A stretch of DNA of 49,717 nt from Vicinamibacteraceae bacterium (GTDB lineage: Bacteria; Acidobacteriota; Vicinamibacteria; Vicinamibacterales; JAFNAJ01). Below, one piece after another: positions 17,538-25,152 of this stretch (positions are counted from its first letter, which is position 1; every line of letters starts with the position of its first letter). The position numbers and the translations under genes are program-made. The stretch spans positions 13,339 through 63,055 of the forward strand of contig JAHDVQ010000006.1 of assembly GCA_023384595.1 (NCBI GenBank), given 5' to 3'. Below the pieces are notes generated by a model, which was not told the DNA's origin, searched no databases, and saw only the letters and a program-made list of their open reading frames with translations.

Positions 17538-18200
17538 TCAGTTGGCGGCGGCGGCAGCCATCCCGAGCATGGCGACCATGGCGGCGCCGAACATCATCGC
17601 CGCGCCGCAGCAGATGACGACGGGAATGAGCACGGCCGCGGCGGCCTTGCCCATCGTCGTGTCGTGGACGATCTGCAGGCCCAGAATCGAGTACGCGACG
17701 GCGGCGATGCCGGCGATGATGCCACCGCAGATCGGGATGATCTGGCCCAGCCACGCGGTGCCCATCACGTAGGCGACCGTGCGGAAGGTGGCCTCGAAGC
17801 TCGCCTTCGCCCCGCCGAGCAGCGACAGCAGCCCGTGGTAGATGGCGGCGCCGATGAACAGCCCGATGGTGCCGATGATGGGCATCATGATGATCGACAT
17901 GACGCCGCCGCTCATCATGCCCGGGTAGTCGCCCATGCCCGGCATGCCGGCACCGAGCCCCCCGAGACCCAGACTGTAGATGTAGCTGGCGACCGCGCCA
18001 ATCAGCATCCCGATGATGGCGAACACGAGCGGGTTCCCCAGACCCCCCTCGCGCCGCATCGTCGAGAAGAACCGGCGTGGTTCGGTGAGCAGCTCGCGCA
18101 CCGTGCCGATGAAGCGCTGGACGAAATCGCCGGGCTGTTCCCAGGGCGGGCCCGACAGGGACGTGCCGGGCGTCGGGGGCAGGGGAGGAATCGTGGCCAT
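17538..18200 (-). CDS. YIP1 family membrane protein
   Basis: C-terminal end of ORF 17538..22718: PPWE..LTEPRRFF, about 5 TM, GGAKASFEATFRTVAY, GKAAAAVLIP. AAGGAG RBS before ATG 18200. Confidence 0.82.
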   Translation of the reverse strand: MATIPPLPPTPGTSLSGPPWEQPGDFVQRFIGTVRELLTEPRRFFSTMRREGGLGNPLVFAIIGMLIGAVASYIYSLGLGGLGAGMPGMGDYPGMMSGGVMSIIMMPIIGTIGLFIGAAIYHGLLSLLGGAKASFEATFRTVAYVMGTAWLGQIIPICGGIIAGIAAVAYSILGLQIVHDTTMGKAAAAVLIPVVICCGAAMMFGAAMVAMLGMAAAAAN

Positions 18201-18320
18201 GAACGCTCCTTGAACGCACGCCACTCGGCGTGCCGGTTTCGAATGCCAGAGGTTATCGCATACCCTGATCGGAACTGCAAACGCGCATCGCGGGGGCACC
18301 CGCGACGCCCGGGGTGACCG

Positions 18321-19124
18321 ATGGAGACACTCGCCTTCGCGTCGGTGCCCGAGGCCGCGACACCCTCCCGGCTCCTCGGCCTGCACGGCATCTACGGACG
18401 CGGCCGCAACTGGACGACCATGGCGCGCGAACTGCACGCGCGTCGGCCCGAGTGGTCCACGCTGCTCATCGACCTTCGCCTGCACGGCGATTCGCCGGCC
18501 TTCGAGCCGCCGCACACCGTTGACGCGGCGGCGGGCGACCTCGCGCGGCTCGAGGAGGCCACGGGCCTGCACGGCCGTGCGGTCCTCGGGCACTCCTTTG
18601 GCGGCAAGGTCGCGCTGGCGCACGCCCTCTCGGGCCTCGACCACCTGGAGCAGGCGTGGATCATCGACTCGACGCCCGAGGTGAAGGCGCCGGCAGGCAC
18701 GGCCTGGCGGATGCTCGATCAGATTCGGTCGCTGCCGGCGGCGTTCCCCGGCCGGAAGGACGCCGTGGCGGCGCTCACGGCCGGCGGGCTCTCGAGGGGC
18801 GTGGCGCGGTGGATGGCCTCGAACCTGGTCTTCGACGAGGGCCGCTACGTGTGGCGCCTCGACTTCGACGCGATGGAGGCCCTGCTGCGCGACTTCTTCG
18901 CGCGCGACCTGTGGCAGGTCGTCGAGTCGCCGCCCGAGGGGCTCGACCTCCATTTCGTCCGGGCGACGGCCTCGCACGTCCTGAGCGACGAGGCCCAGGA
19001 CCGGATCCGCGCGGCGGGCCGGCGGCACGGCCGTGCCCACCTGCACGATGTCGAGGGCGGACACTGGCTGCACGTCGACAACCCGCACGCCATCCTCGAG
19101 CTGCTCTCGACGCACCTGCCCTGA
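18321..19124 (+). CDS. Alpha/beta hydrolase (YbfF/ABHD11-like esterase)
   Basis: LHGIYG..RNW, DLRLHGDS, GHSFGGK nucleophile and GHWLHVDNP. Confidence 0.9.
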   Translation: METLAFASVPEAATPSRLLGLHGIYGRGRNWTTMARELHARRPEWSTLLIDLRLHGDSPAFEPPHTVDAAAGDLARLEEATGLHGRAVLGHSFGGKVALAHALSGLDHLEQAWIIDSTPEVKAPAGTAWRMLDQIRSLPAAFPGRKDAVAALTAGGLSRGVARWMASNLVFDEGRYVWRLDFDAMEALLRDFFARDLWQVVESPPEGLDLHFVRATASHVLSDEAQDRIRAAGRRHGRAHLHDVEGGHWLHVDNPHAILELLSTHLP

Positions 19125-19161
19125 GCGCGGGGCCGCGTGGGGGCGCGTAGGGGCGCGGGGG

Positions 19162-19191
19162 CGTAGGGGCCGGCTTAAGCCGGCCCCTACG
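19162..19191. repeat. 30-bp perfect palindrome, GTAG-type REP-like element
   Basis: CGTAGGGGCCGGCTTAAGCCGGCCCCTACG is its own reverse complement. It is preceded by degenerate GCGT(A/G)GGGGC copies. Confidence 0.75.
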
Positions 19192-21847
19192 TGATGTCGA
19201 GATCCTTCTTCAGTTCCGCGAGCAGCGCGAGCGCGGCCAGCGGGGTCATCGTGTCGGTGTCGACGGCACGCAGCCGGTCGGCGACGTGCTCCACGGGCGA
19301 GGCCACCTGGAACAGCCCCAGCTGCTGCTGCGGTTCGCGCGGCGCGCGCGTGAGCGACGGCCGGCCGCCGCGCGCGAGCTCGTCCTGTTCGAGGCCCGCG
19401 AGAATCTCCCGCGCGCGGGTGATGACGGTCGAGGGCAGCCCGGCGAGACGCGCCACCTGAATGCCGTACGACCGGTCGGACCGCCCGGGCACGACCTTCC
19501 GCAGGAACACGATGTGGTCCTGCCACTCGCGCACCGCCACGTGCGAGTTGACGATCCCGGGGAGCGCATCGGCGAGATCCGTCAGCTCGTGGTAGTGCGT
19601 CGCGAAGAGGGTCTTCGGGCGGTGGCGCGGGTGCGTCGCGAGGTACTCGGCCACGGCCCAGGCGATGCTGAGGCCGTCGAAGGTGGCCGTGCCGCGTCCG
19701 ATCTCGTCGAGCACGACGAAACTGCGCGAGGTGGCGGTGTGCAGGATGCGTGCGGTCTCCTGCATCTCCACCATGAAGGTCGACTGGCCCCGCGCGATGT
19801 TGTCGGACGCGCCGACGCGCGCGAACACGCGATCGACGACCGGCAGCTTCGCCGAGCGGGCGGGCACGAACGATCCAATCTGCGCCATCACGATCATGAG
19901 GGCCGACTGGCGCAGGTACGTCGACTTGCCGCCCATGTTCGGCCCCGTCAGCACGACGAGCTGCTCGGTGGTGCCGTTGAGCGTCAGGTCGTTGGGCACG
20001 AACGGCTCGCGCGTGCGGTGCTCGACCACCGGATGGCGCCCGTCGACGATGGCGAACTCGTCGCCTTCGTGCAGGAGCGGCTTCGTGTAGTTGAAGAGCG
20101 TGGCCGCGTCGGCGAGGGCGGCGAGCACGTCGAGCGCCGCCAGGCGGCGCGCCGCCTCCTGGACTCGGGGCGCTTCGACGGCGACACGGGCGCGCAGGGC
20201 GTCGAAGGCGGCGATCTCGCGCTCGAGGATTCGCTCGTCGGCGCCGAGCACCTTCTCCTCGTGCTCCTTGAGGGCCGGGGTGATGTAGCGCTCGCCTCCC
20301 GCGATGGTCTGCTTCCGATGGTAGTCGTCCGGCACGTGCGGCAGGTTCGACTTCGACACCTCGATGTAGAAGCCGAACACGCGGTTGAAGCGAATCTTGA
20401 GCGAGGAGATGCCGGTGCGTTCGCGCTCGGCCGCTTCCATGGCCGCGATCCGCTCGCGTCCGGTCCGGCTCACGTCGCGCAGCTCGTCCAGCTCGACATC
20501 CACGCCGTCGCGCACGAAGCCGCCGTCGCGCGCGAGGACCGGAGGCTCGTCGACGAGCGTCGTGGCAATCAGCGTGCGGACGTCCGCCAGCTCGTCGAGG
20601 CCCGAGACAACCGATTGCAGCAGGGGCGCCTGCAGGGCGCCGAGGATCTGGCGCACGCGCGGAATCGCGCCCAGCGACTGGCCGAGGCCGACGAGATCGC
20701 GCGGCCCCGCCGTGCCCAGGGCCACCCGCGAGACGAGGCGCTCCACGTCCTGAACGGCGCGCAGCGTCTCGCGCAGTCTTCCGCGCTCGCTCGTGCGGAA
20801 GGCGAGCTCCTCGACCGCGTCGAGCCGATCCTGAATGGGCTCGAGCTGGGCGAGCGGGCGGATGAGCCACTGACGCAGCAGCCGGGCGCCCATCGAGGTC
20901 TTCGTGCGGTCGAGCTGTGCGAGCAGCGAGCCGTCGCGTCCTCCCTCGGTGCCCTCGATCACCTCGAGGTGCTTGAGTGTCGTGGCGTCGACGAGCAGCC
21001 CGTCGCGACGTTCGCGGAACCCGACCGCGCGCACGTGCTCCAGGTCGACGCGCTGGGTGTCGCGCAGGTAACGCACGAGCCCGCCCGCCGCGGCGATCGA
21101 GGCCGGGTGGCCCTCGAGGCCGAACCCGGCGAGCGTCGACGCCTGGAGCTGGTCGAGCAGCGTGGACCGTGCCGCATCGAGCCCGAAGGTGAACTCGTCG
21201 ACACGCGTGATCGAGGTGGCCGCGAGCGTGCCCTCGGGCAGCCACGCCGGATCGAACGACTCCGCGAGCAGGACCTCGCGCGGGCGCAGGACGGCGATCT
21301 CTTCGGCGAGGGCCAGCCACCCGTCCTCGCCCTGGTAGTCGGCCGCCGTGAAGGCGCCCGTCGACAGATCGATGAGGGCGGTGCCGAGCCCTGGCGGGCG
21401 CGGCGCACCCCGGGCCGGCGAGCCAGACGCGACGAGCGCAAGCGTGAAGGCCGGTTCTCCCGACTCGAGGTAGGAGTCGTCGACCAGCGTGCCGGGCGAG
21501 ACGACGCGCACGACCTCGCGCCGCACCACCCCCTTGGCCCTCTTCGGGTCTTCGACCTGCTCGCAGATGGCGACGCGGAACCCCTTCCTGACGAGGCGCG
21601 CGATGTAGGTGTCGGCCGCGTGGAAGGGCACCCCGCACATGGGAATCGCGTTGCCGTTGGCGTCCTTCGAGCGGGAGGTCAGGGTGAGGTCGAGGGCGCG
21701 GGCCGCGGTGAGCGCGTCCTCGTAGAACATCTCGAAGAAATCGCCCATGCGGAAGAAGAGCAACGCGTCGCGAACCTGGCGCTTCGCGTCGAAGTACTGG
21801 CGCATGGCCGGCGTCAGCGACGCCGTCGGGGGACCTGCGTGCGGCAT
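19187..21847 (-). CDS. mutS: DNA mismatch repair protein MutS
   Basis: TPAMRQY, FFRMGDFFEMF, PMCGVP, Walker A GPNMGGKST, STFMVEM, DEIGRGT, SYGIQVARLAG and C-terminal QLGLF clamp motif. Start is approximate. Confidence 0.97.
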   Translation of the reverse strand: MPHAGPPTASLTPAMRQYFDAKRQVRDALLFFRMGDFFEMFYEDALTAARALDLTLTSRSKDANGNAIPMCGVPFHAADTYIARLVRKGFRVAICEQVEDPKRAKGVVRREVVRVVSPGTLVDDSYLESGEPAFTLALVASGSPARGAPRPPGLGTALIDLSTGAFTAADYQGEDGWLALAEEIAVLRPREVLLAESFDPAWLPEGTLAATSITRVDEFTFGLDAARSTLLDQLQASTLAGFGLEGHPASIAAAGGLVRYLRDTQRVDLEHVRAVGFRERRDGLLVDATTLKHLEVIEGTEGGRDGSLLAQLDRTKTSMGARLLRQWLIRPLAQLEPIQDRLDAVEELAFRTSERGRLRETLRAVQDVERLVSRVALGTAGPRDLVGLGQSLGAIPRVRQILGALQAPLLQSVVSGLDELADVRTLIATTLVDEPPVLARDGGFVRDGVDVELDELRDVSRTGRERIAAMEAAERERTGISSLKIRFNRVFGFYIEVSKSNLPHVPDDYHRKQTIAGGERYITPALKEHEEKVLGADERILEREIAAFDALRARVAVEAPRVQEAARRLAALDVLAALADAATLFNYTKPLLHEGDEFAIVDGRHPVVEHRTREPFVPNDLTLNGTTEQLVVLTGPNMGGKSTYLRQSALMIVMAQIGSFVPARSAKLPVVDRVFARVGASDNIARGQSTFMVEMQETARILHTATSRSFVVLDEIGRGTATFDGLSIAWAVAEYLATHPRHRPKTLFATHYHELTDLADALPGIVNSHVAVREWQDHIVFLRKVVPGRSDRSYGIQVARLAGLPSTVITRAREILAGLEQDELARGGRPSLTRAPREPQQQLGLFQVASPVEHVADRLRAVDTDTMTPLAALALLAELKKDLDIT

Positions 21848-21902
21848 GGAGTCGGTGCGGCGGTTCCCGGAAGAGGGCGTGCCCCGCGGCACGGGCCGGG
21901 CG

Positions 21903-21937
21903 AGTATACCGGAGCCCGGCGCCGGTCGGGGTACACT
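21903..21937. promoter_or_regulatory. Divergent -10 elements for mutS and tsaB
   Basis: TATACT on minus (21908-21903) and TACACT on plus (21932-21937) in the 110-bp divergent gap. Confidence 0.45.
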
Positions 21938-21957
21938 GCTGCGGGAACGGCCGACAG

Positions 21958-22704
21958 ATGATTGTACTGGCTCTCGACTCGACGACGCGCGACGGCAGCG
22001 TGGCCGTGTGGCGCGACGGCGCGCTACGGCGGGTGGAGTCCGGCGACGCCGCGCGCGGGTTCTCTGAACGGCTGCCCGGCCACGTGTTGTCGCTGCTGGC
22101 TGCGGAGGGGCTCGCGCCGGCCGACGTGGACGTCTTCGCCGTCTCGGCCGGCCCTGGCTCACTCACCGGCCTGCGCGTGGGGCTGGCCACCATCCAGGGA
22201 CTGGCGTTCGCGGCGGGGCGCCCCGTCGTTGCCGTCCCGACGCTCGAACTGGTGGCGCGAGGCGCGGCCGCCGCCGCCATCGCCGGCGGGGCCGGCGACA
22301 TCGGAGCCTGCCGCGACGCCGCACGGGGTGAGGTGTTCTGGGCACGGTGGCGCCTCGATCGGTCGCACGGCGACGATGCGGGCCGCATCGCTCTCGATCC
22401 GGTGGACAACGCCATGGTGCTCGCGCCCGCCGATCTCGTGGGGCGATGGCGGGCGCTCTCGCCACCGCAGGCGGTGGCCGGCGATGGCTGGCCGCTGTGC
22501 CAGGAGGCCGCTGCGTCGCACGGCGTCGCCCCGCTCTTGGTCGAGACTCCGCCCCTCGCGGCGCCACTTGCCGAGCGCGCGGCGGTGCTCGCCCTGGCGA
22601 AACAGACGGTGTCGCCGCATGCGGTGCACCCGGTGTACGTGCGTCGTCCCGACGCGGAGCTCGCGCGGGATCGGCGGGCCGGCACGGCCAGTCCGGCCCG
22701 ATGA
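21958..22704 (+). CDS. tsaB: tRNA t6A37 biosynthesis protein TsaB
   Basis: MIVLALDSTT, AVSAGPGSLTGLRVG, VPTLE, DAARGEVF and PVYVRRPDAE; followed by rimI. Confidence 0.9.
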   Translation: MIVLALDSTTRDGSVAVWRDGALRRVESGDAARGFSERLPGHVLSLLAAEGLAPADVDVFAVSAGPGSLTGLRVGLATIQGLAFAAGRPVVAVPTLELVARGAAAAAIAGGAGDIGACRDAARGEVFWARWRLDRSHGDDAGRIALDPVDNAMVLAPADLVGRWRALSPPQAVAGDGWPLCQEAAASHGVAPLLVETPPLAAPLAERAAVLALAKQTVSPHAVHPVYVRRPDAELARDRRAGTASPAR

Positions 22705-22708
22705 GGCG

Positions 22709-23236
22709 ATGACCGCACCGCTGGCCGACCTGCGCCCGCTCCCCCCGGGGTGGATCGTGGAGCCGCTCGACTACGCGCGCGACCTCGACGGAGTGCTCGC
22801 CGTCGACGCGGCCTCGTTTGCCAACCACTGGACTCGCGAGATGTTCGAGTGGGAGGCGCGCCATTCCGATGTCGCGCGGCTCTCGGTGCTCCGCGCGCCC
22901 GACGGGCACGTGGCGGGGTACTGTGCGGCGTGGGTCATCTTCGATGAGGTCCACATCAACAACATGGCCGTGCTGCCCGCGCATCGCCGGCAGGGCCTCG
23001 GAGCGGCGCTGCTCGCGCGCGTGCTCGACGCGGCCGCCCACGAGGGCGCGGACCGTGCCACCCTCGAAGTGCGGGCCTCGAACGAGGCCGCCCGCCGCCT
23101 CTACGAGGGGTTCGGGTTCCAGCCGGCGGGCGTGCGACCGCGCTACTACACCAACCCCATCGAGGACGCCATTGTGATGTGGCGTGTCCCTGACGGGCGC
23201 GCCGCACCGCGTCCTGTCTTGCTTGAAACCCCGTGA
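22709..23236 (+). CDS. rimI: Ribosomal protein S18 alanine N-acetyltransferase (GNAT)
   Basis: DEVHINNMAV.PAHRRQGLG, ATLEVRASNEAARRLY..FGF and RPRYY..PIEDA. Confidence 0.9.
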   Translation: MTAPLADLRPLPPGWIVEPLDYARDLDGVLAVDAASFANHWTREMFEWEARHSDVARLSVLRAPDGHVAGYCAAWVIFDEVHINNMAVLPAHRRQGLGAALLARVLDAAAHEGADRATLEVRASNEAARRLYEGFGFQPAGVRPRYYTNPIEDAIVMWRVPDGRAAPRPVLLETP

Positions 23237-23251
23237 CACGAGTGGTATCGT
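23223..23251 (+). promoter_or_regulatory. sigma70-type promoter for DUF465-psd-pssA
   Basis: TTGAAA (23223-23228), 17-nt spacer, TGG-TATCGT extended -10 (23246-23251). Confidence 0.6.
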
Positions 23252-23309
23252 CGGCTCAACGGCACGGCGTCCTGCCGTGTCGACGACACCCGCACCACGG
23301 AGGTCGGAT

Positions 23310-23558
23310 ATGCCCACAAACGAGCAGGCTCTGAAGGAGCACCTGCTGCAGACGGACGTCGAGTACCGCGAACTGGCACACACTCACCGCGATCTCGATC
23401 GCCGCCTCCACGAACTTGCGCACAAGTCGTATCTCTCCGAGCAGGAGCAGACCGAGGAAATCACGCTGAAGAAGCGGAAGCTGCAATTGAAGGACCGGAT
23501 GGCCGATATCCTTCGACGCCATCGCGAGGGCTCGCCGGCAACGGCAGCCCATCACTAA
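23310..23558 (+). CDS. DUF465 / YdcH-family small coiled-coil protein
   Basis: EYRELAHTHRDLDRRL...LKKRKLQLKDRM; GGAGG RBS before ATG 23310. Confidence 0.82.
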   Translation: MPTNEQALKEHLLQTDVEYRELAHTHRDLDRRLHELAHKSYLSEQEQTEEITLKKRKLQLKDRMADILRRHREGSPATAAHH

Positions 23559-23661
23559 CCGGGGCGCCTGGTTCACGGGGGCGCGCCGCTGACCCACGTG
23601 CACGGCGCGCCACCGGCACTCGCGCCCGCCTCGTTCACCCAGTTCGTCATCATCCCCTCAC

Positions 23662-24306
23662 ATGAAACTCGATCGCGCCGGCCTGCCGTTCATCACCGGG
23701 GCCCTGGTTCCGGCTGCCGCGCTGGTCCTCGCCCGCCGGTGGGGCTGGGCCGTGCCGTTTGCGGCGGCCGCGGGAGCGTTGGCGTTCTTCTTTCGCGACC
23801 CGGACCGCGTCACGCCCGAGGGCGACGATCTCGTCGTCTCGCCCGCCGACGGAGAGGTGGTCGTGGCCGGGGAACCGGACCCGGCCGCGGTGCCACCGGG
23901 GTCGTGGCTGCAGGTGAGCATCTTCCTGTCGCCGCTCGACGTCCACGTCAACCGCATTCCCTTCACGGGCCGGGTGACGCGCGTGGCCTACACCCCGGGG
24001 CAGTTCCTGCCCGCCTACCGCGGCGAGGCGGCGAGCCAGAACGAGCGGAACGAAATCTGGATCGAGCGGGATGGCGTCACCGTCGTCGCGCGACAGGTCG
24101 TGGGGATCCTCGCGCGGCGCCTGGTGTGCCGCACGCACGCGGGGGCCGAGGTCGCGGCCGGCGAGCGCTTCGGGGTCATGAAGTTCGGCAGCCGCATGGA
24201 CGTGTTCGTGCCGCCCGACAGCACACTGGGCGTCGCGGTCGGCGACCGCGTCCGCGCAGGCGAAACCATCCTGGCGCGCCTCGCGCCGCGCCCGGAGGGC
24301 GTGTAG
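23662..24306 (+). CDS. psd: Phosphatidylserine decarboxylase proenzyme (short PsdA type)
   Basis: FFRDPDR, SPADG, SIFLSPLDVHVNR, QNERN and KFGSRMD self-cleavage motif. Confidence 0.93.
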   Translation: MKLDRAGLPFITGALVPAAALVLARRWGWAVPFAAAAGALAFFFRDPDRVTPEGDDLVVSPADGEVVVAGEPDPAAVPPGSWLQVSIFLSPLDVHVNRIPFTGRVTRVAYTPGQFLPAYRGEAASQNERNEIWIERDGVTVVARQVVGILARRLVCRTHAGAEVAAGERFGVMKFGSRMDVFVPPDSTLGVAVGDRVRAGETILARLAPRPEGV

Positions 24307-24309
24307 ACC

Positions 24310-25143
24310 ATGTCGACGCCCAGCCGGATGCTGACCGCCCTGCGCGATCGCTCGAGCGGACGTCCCGCGATGCGGCGGGGAGTCTTCCTGCTCCCCAGCC
24401 TGTTCACCATGGCGAACATGTTCTGCGGCTATTGCTGCATCGTGTTCGCCATGCGCGGCGAGTACGCGACGGCGGCCCCGTTCATCGGCATCGCGGTGGT
24501 GCTCGACATGCTCGACGGGCGCATCGCCCGGCTCACCGGCGCGACGAGCGCCTTCGGTGTGGAGTTCGATTCGCTCGCCGACGTCATCTCGTTTGGCGTC
24601 GCGCCCGCCATCCTCGCCTTCGCGTGGGGGCTCACCTCGTTCGGCCGCCTCGGCTGGGCCTCGGGCTTCATCTTCGTGTCGGCCGCGGCCATCAGGCTGG
24701 CGCGCTTCAACATCCAGACGTCGGCGAATCTCGACAAGCGCTACTTCGTGGGGCTGCCCAGTCCGGCCGCCGCGGGCGTGCCGGCCGCCACCGTGTTCGC
24801 CTACCCGTACGGCCTGCACGACTGGTACGCGGCGCTCGCCTTCGCCGTCGTGCTCGTGCCGGCGTTCCTGATGATCAGCACGATCAAGTACCGCAGCTTC
24901 AAGACCTTCAACCTGCAGTCGCCCCGATCGGCGCGCAACCTCTTCCTCGTGGCGCTCGTCATCGCAGCCGTGGCGACGCACCCGCAGATCACGCTCGTGG
25001 TGATCGCCTATGCGTATCTGCTCTCCGGATTCGTCGGTCTCGTCTGGTCGCGCGGGCATCGCCGTGCCGCGCCCGAGGCCGCGCCCGAGACCACGCCGCG
25101 CGACGTGATGGCCGACGACGACGCCGGACCCGGCCGCTTCTGA
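24310..25143 (+). CDS. pssA: CDP-diacylglycerol-serine O-phosphatidyltransferase
   Basis: LPSLFT, DMLDGRIAR...FGVEFDSLAD CDP-alcohol motif, RLARFN and FVGLPSPAAA; adjacent to psd. Confidence 0.93.
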   Translation: MSTPSRMLTALRDRSSGRPAMRRGVFLLPSLFTMANMFCGYCCIVFAMRGEYATAAPFIGIAVVLDMLDGRIARLTGATSAFGVEFDSLADVISFGVAPAILAFAWGLTSFGRLGWASGFIFVSAAAIRLARFNIQTSANLDKRYFVGLPSPAAAGVPAATVFAYPYGLHDWYAALAFAVVLVPAFLMISTIKYRSFKTFNLQSPRSARNLFLVALVIAAVATHPQITLVVIAYAYLLSGFVGLVWSRGHRRAAPEAAPETTPRDVMADDDAGPGRF

Positions 25144-25152
25144 CCGATTGCG

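Noticed and set aside
17538-22718. 1726-aa minus-strand ORF
   Set aside because: Only the last 220 aa (Yip1, from ATG 18200 with an RBS) look like protein. The rest is Arg/Gly/Pro-rich off-frame reading of mutS and antisense to the hydrolase and tsaB, as expected where high GC makes stops scarce.
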